Positions 27,522-36,968 of a stretch of DNA of 64,000 nucleotides are shown piece after piece. The notes beneath the pieces are model-generated. The model worked only from the letters and a program-made list of their open reading frames with translations, ran no database searches and was not told the DNA's origin. Every line of letters begins with the position of its first letter. Position 1 is the first letter of the stretch. Source of the stretch: a virus. The position numbers and the translations under genes were made by a program. The DNA lies in IMG/VR virus record IMGVR_UViG_3300037200_000088, positions 11,114-75,113 of that record, one strand, 5' to 3'.

Positions 27522-27947
27522 TCACCGCAGGAACCGATTGCCAAACCCAAACACAGTCCGGCGCGGCGGCGGCGCAGCATAGAGCCCGCCCATCGCGGCC
27601 TGCTCGATAAGCTTCCAGAGCCGCTGCCCGTAGGACGTGGCGTTGTAGATCCCCGCGCCTTCCGTCGTCGCTACGTTGACGTCGTAGGACGCTGAGAGGC
27701 CGCCTGCAGCCTTGGACGTCAGCGGAGCAACGGTGGCGCCGGGAGTACCGCCCTTGGAGGCTGCGGCGGCCGTCTGCATGCCCAGCACGATGTTGTGCGC
27801 CGCGAACAGCATTACCGCGAGATCGAAGCTAGTCCCGAGGCGCGCTGGATTGAACGTCGCCTGCGTGAACCAATAGGCGACCTGGTCATCGCTGGCGGTT
27901 TCCGCAAATTCCGGAAATACGATCCGAAATGTCGGAACGTTAGGCAC
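27522..27947 (-). CDS. Head-tail adaptor (DUF4054)
   Basis: FRIVFPEF...LFAAHNI...SKAAGGLSASYD...NATSYGQR. Confidence 0.85.
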   Translation of the reverse strand: MPNVPTFRIVFPEFAETASDDQVAYWFTQATFNPARLGTSFDLAVMLFAAHNIVLGMQTAAAASKGGTPGATVAPLTSKAAGGLSASYDVNVATTEGAGIYNATSYGQRLWKLIEQAAMGGLYAAPPPRRTVFGFGNRFLR

Positions 27948-28524
27948 CCTGGAAACCGGCGGCGGCGCGCTGCTCGGACTCGGGAACCTTGGCGAGGCCC
28001 GGGCCTGGCTTGTCCGAGTTGAGCGGCTCGGCGCCGGTCTTGAGGTCGCGCTGTGCGTCGGCATGGGCGAGCGCACGCGCGCGGTTCGGCTCGGCGAATA
28101 TCGCGCCGGACTTCAGCGCCTTGAAATGGGGGTTGGCGGCGACCCAGGCTTCCCAGAATTCGGTCGGAACCTGAGTAATGCCGTAGCCGCCTACGATATT
28201 GGACGAGTTGCGCCCCTTGAGGGTGATCGAGCCGTCGAGCGGAATATGCTTGACGGTATTGTCGGGGGCTGTCTGCGCCCGGAACAAAGTCAGCTCCAGG
28301 CCGTGCGGCAATTTGCAGCCGATGTTAACGAAGTTGTTTGCAGGCGGCGGCGCCTCAACGAAGCGCGAGCGGGTTTCGGCCGGCCCTCGGCCCTCGTCGG
28401 CCTTGGCGGCGGCGAGCGCAGCGGCGCGGGTATCGGCGGCGGATTTGGCGTCTGCCTTATCCTTCTCTGCCTTGTCCTTGGCGTCCTGGGCCGCCTGGGC
28501 ATTGTCGTCGTCTTTGCCGGCCAT
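27940..28524 (-). CDS. Conserved head-region protein
   Basis: IGCKLPHGLEL...GGYGIT.VPTEFWEAW...SGAIFA; directly after the capsid gene. Confidence 0.75.
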   Translation of the reverse strand: MAGKDDDNAQAAQDAKDKAEKDKADAKSAADTRAAALAAAKADEGRGPAETRSRFVEAPPPANNFVNIGCKLPHGLELTLFRAQTAPDNTVKHIPLDGSITLKGRNSSNIVGGYGITQVPTEFWEAWVAANPHFKALKSGAIFAEPNRARALAHADAQRDLKTGAEPLNSDKPGPGLAKVPESEQRAAAGFQGA

Positions 28525-28602
28525 GTCGCAGTTTCCTTCACGGTTTGAGGGCTATTTCGCGAATTTGCGTAAAGCCGGATTCCGGTCCTGTTTCTTTGCG
28601 CG

Positions 28603-29628
28603 TCAGACTCCGAGCATCTGAGCGATGGCAACCGGGCGGGGAATGATCGCGCCCCATCCGCCGCCGATCTTCTTTTGCTTGTAGGAGCTGAGATCAGAGA
28701 CGATACGGCCGGCGCGAAGTTTCTCGGTAAATGCCGTGTAGGCCGTCCTCTGACCGTCGTATTCGTCGACGTAGAGTTGGATCAGCTCACCAGCGGCGGT
28801 GTTGTATTCGGGAACGGTCACGATCTTCAGGTTGGGCCAATTCTCGTAAATCGCCTTGCGAACGCTGGCCATCGTGTAGGCAGTCACCGCGCTCATGTAG
28901 GGCTCGACGATCGGGGATAGGGCCATCGTCAACGGCGTGTCGCGATCAATCATCGCCGGCATTTGGCTTTGCAGCTTGGTATAGAGCAACTGGACATCTT
29001 GGAAGATTTCACTCGCGAGCGCGACCGCCCAAGTTGTCCCGCCGGCGACCTTCGTCACCGGGGTAATTGGAGCCAAAAGCGCCGGATCGTTGAGCAGCCC
29101 GTAATTCTGCAATGAGCCGATGCCGAACAGATACATCTGATTCTGGAATTTGCTCATCGTCAAGGCGGACGAAAAATTCAAATCCGAAACATAGTTGATC
29201 TGCGCGAGGCCGAACATCTCGGTTTCACGATCGCCGTATTGGGTGATCGTCTGGTAATGGTAGGACTGCCGCGGTTCCCACTGATAGTTGGACCCGGTCG
29301 AGCCGTTGTTGCTATAGTCGTTATAGCTCGCGACTTCGCCAGTGGCCTCGACCATCGGGAACTGAGCGGTCAGTGTTACCCAATCGCCCTTTTTCTGTTC
29401 CGGGGCGACCATCGCGGCTTTCATCGGCGTGGTCAAAACGCGGATGGTTTTCGGGTCGAGCAGATTCGCCATATAGGCGGGAATGCCAACGTTCTGTGCG
29501 GTGATCATCGTCGGCTGGGCGTCGAGCGCCAGTTGCGGATTGTCCCGCCAATCCTCAGCCATGTACTCGGCAAATTCGGGAACGATGATGCCTCGGCGTT
29601 CGAGCACCCGTAGCTGATCTGCACGCAT
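28603..29628 (-). CDS. Major capsid protein (DUF2184 family)
   Basis: ALDAQPTMIT..NVGIP; KKGDW; RQSYHYQT; YGLLNDP; QKK.GGGWGAII.RP.AIAQMLGV. Confidence 0.92.
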   Translation of the reverse strand: MRADQLRVLERRGIIVPEFAEYMAEDWRDNPQLALDAQPTMITAQNVGIPAYMANLLDPKTIRVLTTPMKAAMVAPEQKKGDWVTLTAQFPMVEATGEVASYNDYSNNGSTGSNYQWEPRQSYHYQTITQYGDRETEMFGLAQINYVSDLNFSSALTMSKFQNQMYLFGIGSLQNYGLLNDPALLAPITPVTKVAGGTTWAVALASEIFQDVQLLYTKLQSQMPAMIDRDTPLTMALSPIVEPYMSAVTAYTMASVRKAIYENWPNLKIVTVPEYNTAAGELIQLYVDEYDGQRTAYTAFTEKLRAGRIVSDLSSYKQKKIGGGWGAIIPRPVAIAQMLGV

Positions 29629-29778
29629 TTTATTTCGTCCTTTCTTGGCGGTAAGCGCACGGAAATTCAGCCGCTAGGAGGTGCCTGCGGAGCCGCACTC
29701 AGGGGTTCGGATTTGGTTGGAGGTCTTTGGTTCGCGCTGATTGTCAGGCGCGCGCGTCCTGGGGGACTGAGGGGTTTT

Positions 29779-30714
29779 TTAGTGCGGGCTGATCTTGGCC
29801 AGTTCGCCGGCCGCCGCGTAGGTGTCGACGTACCAAGCTGTTTCGATCGCGCCGGCCGAGGTGAAAGAGGTGCTCGAAACCACCGTCGCGTTGTTGACGA
29901 TGTATGTCCCGAGGCCACCAGTCCCGGTCCCGAGCGCGGTGATCTGCGTCGCGCCGGAGCCACCGGTCAGGGTGTCGCCCACCGCGAACGTGCCGGTGAG
30001 GCCAGACGCGGCGGTGAAGACGCCGTAGGCCTGCGTGATCGCCTCCGAGGCGAGGGTCTGCGCGATCGACACCTCGTACGTGCCGACGCCGCCAGCGGTC
30101 CCGGAAAGTTGGCTGAGCACCGTTTGGCCCGAGACAACGTTGGTGCCGGAGAGCACGCCGCCCGGCTGGATGACGCCCGGGCTACCAGTCGGCGCGGTCG
30201 TGACCGTCATAATGCCGCCTTCCTCGTCCAGATTGAACGGGTTGGCTGGTGCGATAGAGGCGGTGAACGAGGCGGCGCCGGCGGCGATCGAACCAGTGAC
30301 GGCGCCCGCGGCCGGTGGCGTAGCCGTCGCTGCGGCGTAGCAACTCCCGTCCGCATAGTTCGCATAGACTTTTTGGCCAGGGGTCGCGCCGGCGGCAAAG
30401 CGAGCCCAAAAGTCGCCGGACGACATCAGGTTGATTTCATATCCCGGGACGACGATCATGGTTGAGCGACCCAACCATTGCGTGATCAGCGCGACGTTGT
30501 CCCTATGGACAAAGCCGATGCGACCATTGCCGCCGCCGCCGATGTTGCGAACGACGCCATCGTTATCGGCCCAAGCGAAGCGCCCGACGGTGACGCCAAG
30601 CGGCCCAGCGACCAGGCCTCCGGCGCTGGTGAGCATGCTCGATCGCGGATTGGACGAAGCGAAATCGCCCTCGATGGCCTGGGCCGGCTGAGCGTTGACG
30701 ACTTGCTGAAACAT
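29779..30714 (-). CDS. Head decoration / cement protein with inserted beta-barrel domains
   Basis: MFQQVVNAQPAQAIEGDFASSNP..GVTVGRFAW..GDFWA..GELAKIS. Confidence 0.85.
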   Translation of the reverse strand: MFQQVVNAQPAQAIEGDFASSNPRSSMLTSAGGLVAGPLGVTVGRFAWADNDGVVRNIGGGGNGRIGFVHRDNVALITQWLGRSTMIVVPGYEINLMSSGDFWARFAAGATPGQKVYANYADGSCYAAATATPPAAGAVTGSIAAGAASFTASIAPANPFNLDEEGGIMTVTTAPTGSPGVIQPGGVLSGTNVVSGQTVLSQLSGTAGGVGTYEVSIAQTLASEAITQAYGVFTAASGLTGTFAVGDTLTGGSGATQITALGTGTGGLGTYIVNNATVVSSTSFTSAGAIETAWYVDTYAAAGELAKISPH

Positions 30715-30751
30715 TGGATTCTCCTATTTGCGCGAGGGCGACAGGCGGGCC

Positions 30752-31732
30752 TTAGGCGAAGTGCCGAACTGGGGCGGCGTTCGGAAACATCTTTTTGAAT
30801 TCCGCCTCGGCGTCGTCGGTGCGAACCGCTTTTGAATCGCCGACCAGCGTCGTTTGGCGCTCGCCCGGCTTCGGCGTCATCTTGATCAGCGATCGGAGCG
30901 CGCTTGCGTGAACCTTGTCCGCATCGGGGATTTTGAGCATGATCGCGGCGGCGCGCTCGATTTCCTCGGCGCTGTCGTAAGCGATGGCGAGGGTTCCGAC
31001 CCACGGGCGGACGAACGCTTCAGCGTCACGGGCGCCGCGCATTTTCGCCATGATACGCGCCTCGGTTGCTTTGGAGGCGGCTTGAACGGCCTCATCCATC
31101 GCCCCTTGGTTGATCGGCGGGTCAGCGGCGTCGCGGGCGGCTTTGTCCTTGGCGGCCTTGTCCTCGGCCTCCTTTTTCTCCTTGGCCTCGCGCTTCTCCT
31201 TTTCCTCTTCGGTCTCGTCCTTGGCTGCCTTGTCCTTGGCGGCCTTGGCGTCGCGAGCCTTCTTGTCCTTGGCCTCTTTTTCCTTCTTTTCGCGGGCCTC
31301 TTTTTCTTCCTCGGTCTCGTCGGCCTCGTCTTTGGCCTTTGGCTTTTCCTCGGCCGGGTCCATCTCATCGAACGCGCCGAGGAACGCGGCGAAGTCATCC
31401 AGCTTGGCGTCGCTCGCCAACTTGCCCTTGGTCGCCGCCGTCACGCCCGCGATGATCGCCGGCTTGCTGGCCTTGAAATTCAAATGGGTGATCTCGGCAA
31501 AGACAGGCGTCAGATCAGGCTTGGCGTCGGCGGCCAGCTTGCCGGCCAGATACCCAATCGACGCGCCCTGAACAAGGAGCGCCTTGCGGCTTAGAACTGC
31601 GGTGGTCATGGTTGGCTGCTCCTTCGTTGACTGGTCTTCTGCGAGCAAGGACTCGTCGAGTCCAAGCGCTTTCAGGGCCTCTTGCGGCGTTTTGAACTTG
31701 TTTCGGAGCGCGGCGGCGAGCGGCGATTTCAT
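30752..31732 (-). CDS. Capsid scaffold protein
   Basis: Charged KAKDE../AARD repeats; AMD...VRPWVG..AYDSA; between protease and cement genes. Confidence 0.75.
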   Translation of the reverse strand: MKSPLAAALRNKFKTPQEALKALGLDESLLAEDQSTKEQPTMTTAVLSRKALLVQGASIGYLAGKLAADAKPDLTPVFAEITHLNFKASKPAIIAGVTAATKGKLASDAKLDDFAAFLGAFDEMDPAEEKPKAKDEADETEEEKEAREKKEKEAKDKKARDAKAAKDKAAKDETEEEKEKREAKEKKEAEDKAAKDKAARDAADPPINQGAMDEAVQAASKATEARIMAKMRGARDAEAFVRPWVGTLAIAYDSAEEIERAAAIMLKIPDADKVHASALRSLIKMTPKPGERQTTLVGDSKAVRTDDAEAEFKKMFPNAAPVRHFA

Positions 31733-31737
31733 TGGAG

Positions 31738-31766
31738 TGGCATTCCGAAAACCCTTCGGCTATCGT
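31738..31766 (+). promoter_or_regulatory. Putative promoter for a leaderless transcript of the antisense endonuclease
   Basis: TGGCAT-17 nt-TATCGT, 6 nt before ATG 31773; no RBS. Confidence 0.4.
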
Positions 31767-31772
31767 GGGTTG

Positions 31773-32597
31773 ATGGCGATCATGACCGCGCAACCGAAGA
31801 CGGATTTCTACGTTTACGTGTTATTTGACGCTGACGGCGTCCCCCGCTACGTCGGTAAGGGACGGCTCGGCCGCTGGAATGGGCATGCGCAGAAGCCGTT
31901 CGTGGCTGCCTCCATTGCGGCCTTTGGCGATGTACCGAAGGTCAAGGTCCGGGAGCAGCTTTCCGAATACGAGGCCTACTCGATCGAGCACGCGCTGATT
32001 TGCTCACTGGGACGCGCGCCTGATGGGCCGCTTGTGAACCGCACGGACAAAGGAAGTGGTCCGAATAGTCGGCAAGTTGCCGACTGGCACGCGTCGAGGC
32101 CGTTCGAAGACCGATCGGCAATCGCGAAGAAAGCGCGCGCGACGTGGCGGGAGCGCACTACGCCCGAGCAGCGTAGTGCGACCGGCCGGGCGAACGCGTT
32201 AGCACATGGAAGCGAGGCGATCAGTGAGCGTTCGCGGCGGACGCGCGCGGCCGAAACGCCAGAGGAAAAATCACTTAGAGGACGGGCAGGCGGTCTTGCC
32301 TCAGCAACCGCGCTCACTCCCGAACAGCGGAAGGGCCGCCGCAAGGGCCTCACCGTATATTGGGAGAACACAACACCTGATGAGCGACGCTCAATTGCGA
32401 AGAAAACCGGACTGGGCAGAGCGGCAGCTTCCGACCTTAGCGCTTGGGGCAAGCGCGGGGCCACCTCTCTTAACGGTTCACGAACGCCCGCGGAACGATC
32501 TGCGCTCGCGAGAAAGGCCGCGCTAGCCGGCGCAGCGAAGCGCCTACAGGCCGCGCAGCGCGCTCGAGATCAACTCCCACTCGCGATCGAAGATTGA
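31773..32597 (+). CDS. Free-standing GIY-YIG-like homing endonuclease (antisense)
   Basis: FYVYVLFDADGVPRYVGKG..R; EAY.IE.ALI..LGR..GPLVNRT; TPE(Q/E)RS repeats. Confidence 0.85.
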   Translation: MAIMTAQPKTDFYVYVLFDADGVPRYVGKGRLGRWNGHAQKPFVAASIAAFGDVPKVKVREQLSEYEAYSIEHALICSLGRAPDGPLVNRTDKGSGPNSRQVADWHASRPFEDRSAIAKKARATWRERTTPEQRSATGRANALAHGSEAISERSRRTRAAETPEEKSLRGRAGGLASATALTPEQRKGRRKGLTVYWENTTPDERRSIAKKTGLGRAAASDLSAWGKRGATSLNGSRTPAERSALARKAALAGAAKRLQAAQRARDQLPLAIED

Positions 32598-33158
32598 CGC
32601 GTCACCAATCAATACGTCAGGCCCCGCCCTTCCTTCGACCACTATCGCGACATGATTTCCTACGATAGCCGTCATTCGGCCATCGTAGGATTCACCCTGA
32701 AATGCGCCGGGCTCCATGATTGGTTTGTAAGCATAACTGCATGACAACTCTCTTTTGAGTCCTTCCTCGATCTTCTCGATATCTGAGGCTGGCCAGACGA
32801 CCAGGCTGTTGTCGAGGTAGGGGAACGTGAACTTGGCGTCAGTTCCGGTTGACCCAACGACGAGGTCCGGTTTGTGATCCTTGGCCGTGTGAGCGACGTG
32901 ACGGCTCATCAGCGGAATGTTGTTGAAGCTTTCGGCGGCGGCTTCCAATTCTCCGGGATCTCTAAACATTTTGTAGGCGCGGTCGCGGTCGAGCCCCAAC
33001 TCTTGCCAATGCGGAATTTCGCGACCGAAGTATGTATTGACCACGGCCTTGCTGATATGCGCCGAGCCAACGTGCAGCCGGCCGTAAATGTCATAGCGGC
33101 GCGTCGACTCGCCTGGCTGCGGCTGGCGGTCGAACGCCAGAGCCGGCTCAGTCGTCAT
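32544..33158 (-). CDS. Prohead protease-like protein (DUF2213)
   Basis: ISKAVVNTYFGREIP; RELSCSY; NHVAIVVEGRAGPDV. Confidence 0.88.
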   Translation of the reverse strand: MTTEPALAFDRQPQPGESTRRYDIYGRLHVGSAHISKAVVNTYFGREIPHWQELGLDRDRAYKMFRDPGELEAAAESFNNIPLMSRHVAHTAKDHKPDLVVGSTGTDAKFTFPYLDNSLVVWPASDIEKIEEGLKRELSCSYAYKPIMEPGAFQGESYDGRMTAIVGNHVAIVVEGRAGPDVLIGDASIFDREWELISSALRGL

Positions 33159-33170
33159 GTCGGTTTGTCC

Positions 33171-33371
33171 CTATTGATGCGCCCAGTATTTGACGGCGAG
33201 GCCGAAGAGATTCCAGCCGATGACCGCCAAGCCGCAAGCGATGATCGCGACCCCGCCGAGCCAAGCGATCGGAACCAAGGCGGTTCTGCGGGTCGGGTCG
33301 GCTCTATTTACGGCGACCCCCATGCTCAGCGCGCCGACAATGATGAAGCCGGACGCGACAAGCCAGGGCAT
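33171..33371 (-). CDS. Small two-TM membrane protein
   Basis: Two hydrophobic stretches. Confidence 0.55.
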   Translation of the reverse strand: MPWLVASGFIIVGALSMGVAVNRADPTRRTALVPIAWLGGVAIIACGLAVIGWNLFGLAVKYWAHQ

Positions 33372-33384
33372 TTGCGGTTGGTCC

Positions 33385-34149
33385 TTAGTCGGGAATGAGC
33401 GGCGCGCCGTAGCACCTGCAATTCCAGGTAGTGCCAGGATTTCCACGAATGTCTGGCGCGTCGCAAATTGGCGGGTCGTCGTAACGAAACGTCTTTCGAT
33501 TCAGCGCGCGGTGCGACGGTCGCACATTGCTGTCGCCCGCCGTGACCCACGTGTAGTGGGTAACCCCGATATGCTGCGCCCGCACTTGGGTCAGCGTCGC
33601 TGCCGTCCGCGCTGTTTCCGTCCGGGCTATGAGCGTCGCCCGTGACCGCGTAACCTCGCCCGTCTCCATGATCCGCGCCGCGATCTCCCCCGGGCGCGTC
33701 CCCTGGATGAGCCCTTCTTGCGTGAGTTCGCGAACTCGCACTGCAGCCTCGGTCGGCAGGCTCGTGATCAGCGCCACTTGCTCCGCCAGCAGCCTTCGCA
33801 TCGCGGCCCCAGTCGGCGCGCCTTCGATCTCCTTGCGCAGCGCGCGGCCCATCTTGACGGCGACGGAGGCCCAATTCTGTTCGTCGCGGGCCGCGGTTTC
33901 ACGGATCATCCGCCATGCGACAGAACCGGCCCAGGGCTCAAGCAGGCGCCCGTATTCGGTCAGCGCGGTCTGGACGAAAACATTGCCCTCAAGGTTTTCG
34001 ACGTCGAAGCCGGCAACCAAGTCGCCGACATGTCTCGCAACCGATCGCAGCTTAGCCGCGTAGTAGGCTTCGATCCTCTTGGCGCGGGCAAACGGGGCTT
34101 TGGCTTCGTTGGCCTTGCGGTCGATCGCGAGGCCGCGGAGGTGGATCAC
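33385..34149 (-). CDS. Head morphogenesis protein (SPP1 gp7 / Mu gpF family)
   Basis: RATLIARTETAR; YTWVTAGDSNVRPSH; PG..WNCRC; GTG start overlaps the upstream stop. Confidence 0.9.
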   Translation of the reverse strand: MIHLRGLAIDRKANEAKAPFARAKRIEAYYAAKLRSVARHVGDLVAGFDVENLEGNVFVQTALTEYGRLLEPWAGSVAWRMIRETAARDEQNWASVAVKMGRALRKEIEGAPTGAAMRRLLAEQVALITSLPTEAAVRVRELTQEGLIQGTRPGEIAARIMETGEVTRSRATLIARTETARTAATLTQVRAQHIGVTHYTWVTAGDSNVRPSHRALNRKTFRYDDPPICDAPDIRGNPGTTWNCRCYGAPLIPD

Positions 34150-34454
34150 GCCGCCAGGCGCTTGTCGAGCATTGGTCCAAACGGAGTGTAACTCATCTTG
34201 GGAAAGAACTTCGGGTCGTAATCCGGGCTCCATGGGCGCATCTTTCGAAGGACGTCCTCGGGCCACATCCCCATCCCAGGGCACATCTCCGGCGGATATT
34301 TGGCCGCGAAAGCGCATGCGCCTGCGAACGTAGCGTCTACCATGTCATAGTCAGGCGATGGATTGATGATCCGCCAAATCCCCTGATACGGCATTATGTG
34401 CGGCCGATTTCGCTGGCGGGCGATCTGCCGCTCGCGCGCAAAGGGATCACTCAT
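34146..34454 (-). CDS. Hypothetical protein
   Basis: Overlapping start/stop chain with neighbours. Confidence 0.6.
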   Translation of the reverse strand: MSDPFARERQIARQRNRPHIMPYQGIWRIINPSPDYDMVDATFAGACAFAAKYPPEMCPGMGMWPEDVLRKMRPWSPDYDPKFFPKMSYTPFGPMLDKRLAA

Positions 34455-34819
34455 TTTGGCGTCCCCTTGTAGCCGCCCAGATAAGCTTTCCGTATTTCCG
34501 CCAGTTGCGCCGCCACACGGTCGAATTCCTCAAGTGACACGCCGCCGAACATCTTGCCACCAATCAACACGGCGATCTTGCCGGGCCGCGGGGGGTCCGT
34601 CATGAAGCACTCAACTCCGAGGGTTATGCCGTCCACGTAGTCGGCGTGCCGCTCCGCCGTGGGGAACGGAGGCATGCCAATAGGAATAAACGGGGGCACC
34701 GGCTTCTGCTCCTTGTCTATCCGCGGTGGCCCTTGGTTCATCCACTGCAGAAAGGGTTGCGCTGCCGGCGGCGCCGCTGAGATTGGATACGCGCGGCCGA
34801 CAACTAAGGGCTCACTCAT
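34451..34819 (-). CDS. Hypothetical protein
   Basis: Overlapping start/stop chain with neighbours. Confidence 0.6.
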   Translation of the reverse strand: MSEPLVVGRAYPISAAPPAAQPFLQWMNQGPPRIDKEQKPVPPFIPIGMPPFPTAERHADYVDGITLGVECFMTDPPRPGKIAVLIGGKMFGGVSLEEFDRVAAQLAEIRKAYLGGYKGTPK

Positions 34820-35048
34820 CGCGCTTCTCCCGTTCCGTGTAGTGGCGCCTTACGACCTTCCACGCCCAGAAATCGGGGTCGCCGACCAACGCCATTCCGA
34901 GATGCAGCCCTTGATCGTACTTGAAAATCAACGCCATCTCATAAGGCGTTATGTCCGCAAGAGGATTGAAGAAAAATCGTTCCCCTACAATGTGCTCATC
35001 CGCCGTTTCGTGGCTGAACCACGTTTTGAAGCCCTCAATCATACTCAT
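34812..35048 (-). CDS. Hypothetical protein
   Basis: GGAGG RBS; coupled to the next gene. Confidence 0.6.
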   Translation of the reverse strand: MSMIEGFKTWFSHETADEHIVGERFFFNPLADITPYEMALIFKYDQGLHLGMALVGDPDFWAWKVVRRHYTEREKRDE

Positions 35049-35072
35049 CGGTCGCCTCCGCCGACTGGAATA

Positions 35073-36968
35073 TCACACGTCCGGCTTCGATCCAACCGTA
35101 TCCGGCGGCCGTATCGGTCGCGTCGGCGACTTTGGCATAGCCCCGGGAGCGCCCTTTGCCGGCCCTCCGGCGGGCGCCAGTTTGGCAAGCGCAGGATCGG
35201 CGTCAGGATCGCCCGGCAGCAGTTCGCCCGGCTCAGGCGCGTTCGCCTCGTCCTCCTCAGCCTCGGAGATCATCTCGTCTGTGATCCCTTCGCCAAAGCC
35301 AGAGACCGCCGAGGCGGCTCGGATCTCGCGAAGCGCCAAGGATTTCTTGATAATGTCCTCTGCGACCAGTGTCGCGGCCGTTGTCGCGATCTTGGCGGAG
35401 ACGTCGGCCTTTTCGTTTTCGGTCTGCGGGAAGACGACCTCGGCTTTGGGATCGAGGTCTTGATAGGGCCCGTCGGTATCCTTGACGACGCGCGCACGCT
35501 CTTCGGCCGACGACACCGCCTTCGCGCGCACCAGAATTTCGCCGGTTTCCGCGTTGGTCTTGCGGAGTTCGGCCTCTTCCTGCTCCGTCGCCTCGACCAG
35601 CTCGCCGAATTCGAAACCGATATGTGGGTCGACCTCGCCAAAGAGCGAAAGCTGAACTATGCGAAGCACGGTGGTCAGGTTGGGCCGAAAGAAGTGCTCT
35701 TGGTAGGCTTTGATGTGGTCGGCGAAGACCTGCAACTCGCCTTCGCTGCTGGCGTTCAGGCCAGAGGGCGTGATGCCAGTCAGCTTGACCAGAGGGATAC
35801 GCGAGACCGCCGCCATGTGCTCCTGGCTTTGGGCCTGCAAATGATCAAGAGTTCCGAGCGGCGCCGAGACGTTTTTGAAGTCTTCCTTTTCCTTGTCGAT
35901 CCCCAGCACGCCGCGGTTGTCGCGGATCGCGTTGAACAAATCGAGCCGATTGAGGAACGTCGTGCCGGACCCACCGGCGAGAACATCGGTCGCGTTGGTC
36001 GACAGCACAAAGACGCTGAACGCCTTGATGATGTCGGTGACGCCCTGGCGCACGTCGAGCCAGTTGGTCACATACGGAATCGCCATCTGCGTCATCGACA
36101 GCCCGGCAAAGGCGTAGGCCGGCTTGAGGATATCTGGGACGTCGCGTCCGATAAAGGTCAACAGCCGAGTGCCGTGGACCATGCGGCCGAAGACGTACCA
36201 AACAAGCGGCTTATACCAATCGGCCTTGAGCGGGTTCGTCGAGTTATAGTTTTGCGGATAGATCCACATCGGCTCGATGACCCGCATCGATTTCAGCGAG
36301 CCCTTGGCGATCTTCTCCTTGCTGACCTTATCGTCGCTCCCGTCGCCGATCGAGGTGCCGAGCTCGTCGCCGTCGTCATCGCCAAAGTCGAGAAACAAAT
36401 GCGAGCGACCGAAAAACCCGTCCTGCAGCGCCGCCTCGCCGAAGCATTCGCGGACGCGCAGGCGTGTGAATTCCGCCTCGATCTTCTTGATCTTGTCGCC
36501 CTTGTCGCTGCCGTCGAGCGCTTTGATCGTGATCCACTTGCGGACCATCTCGGTAGCGATGACTTCCGAGATAATCCGATATTCGGCGCGCAACGCCAGA
36601 AGCGCGAGCGCCGCGAAGCCGGGGAACGCCTGCCCCTCCGCGTAGGCCCCACCGGGGTCGGCTAGGCCGGAGCGCAGCCAATCCTGGCTGCCAAAACTCG
36701 AGGCGTCGTCCATCGCCAGGACAGGATCGTCTTTCGGTACGACGCCAGGCGGTGGCTTATAGGGCGCGAAGGGATTGCGTGACGCGTTGAACTCGGCCGA
36801 CAGTCGGCCCCGCCGCGGCGGCGGGATTCTGGCGCGCTGGACAGTCTCGGCCGAGACACCTGCCCTTGGTGCCTCCCTAGGAGGACCGGAGAGCGGCTTC
36901 GTCGGCGTTGCCGTCGTCCGGCCGCGCGATCGGGGCTGGAGGCTCTTTTTCACGCGGCCCCTTACCAC
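35073..36968 (-). CDS. Portal protein (DUF1073)
   Basis: EMVRKWI; VIEPMWIYP..YNS.NPL..DWYKP; RIPLVKLTGITPSGLNASSEGE. Confidence 0.9.
   Translation of the reverse strand: MVRGRVKKSLQPRSRGRTTATPTKPLSGPPREAPRAGVSAETVQRARIPPPRRGRLSAEFNASRNPFAPYKPPPGVVPKDDPVLAMDDASSFGSQDWLRSGLADPGGAYAEGQAFPGFAALALLALRAEYRIISEVIATEMVRKWITIKALDGSDKGDKIKKIEAEFTRLRVRECFGEAALQDGFFGRSHLFLDFGDDDGDELGTSIGDGSDDKVSKEKIAKGSLKSMRVIEPMWIYPQNYNSTNPLKADWYKPLVWYVFGRMVHGTRLLTFIGRDVPDILKPAYAFAGLSMTQMAIPYVTNWLDVRQGVTDIIKAFSVFVLSTNATDVLAGGSGTTFLNRLDLFNAIRDNRGVLGIDKEKEDFKNVSAPLGTLDHLQAQSQEHMAAVSRIPLVKLTGITPSGLNASSEGELQVFADHIKAYQEHFFRPNLTTVLRIVQLSLFGEVDPHIGFEFGELVEATEQEEAELRKTNAETGEILVRAKAVSSAEERARVVKDTDGPYQDLDPKAEVVFPQTENEKADVSAKIATTAATLVAEDIIKKSLALREIRAASAVSGFGEGITDEMISEAEEDEANAPEPGELLPGDPDADPALAKLAPAGGPAKGAPGAMPKSPTRPIRPPDTVGSKPDV

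Noticed and set aside
34659-36665. 668-aa plus-strand ORF
   Set aside because: Antisense shadow of the portal gene in high-GC DNA
35073-36968. Anti-CBASS Acb1 label sometimes given to DUF1073 proteins
   Set aside because: Position after terL and the motifs indicate portal; no 2H-phosphoesterase domain evident
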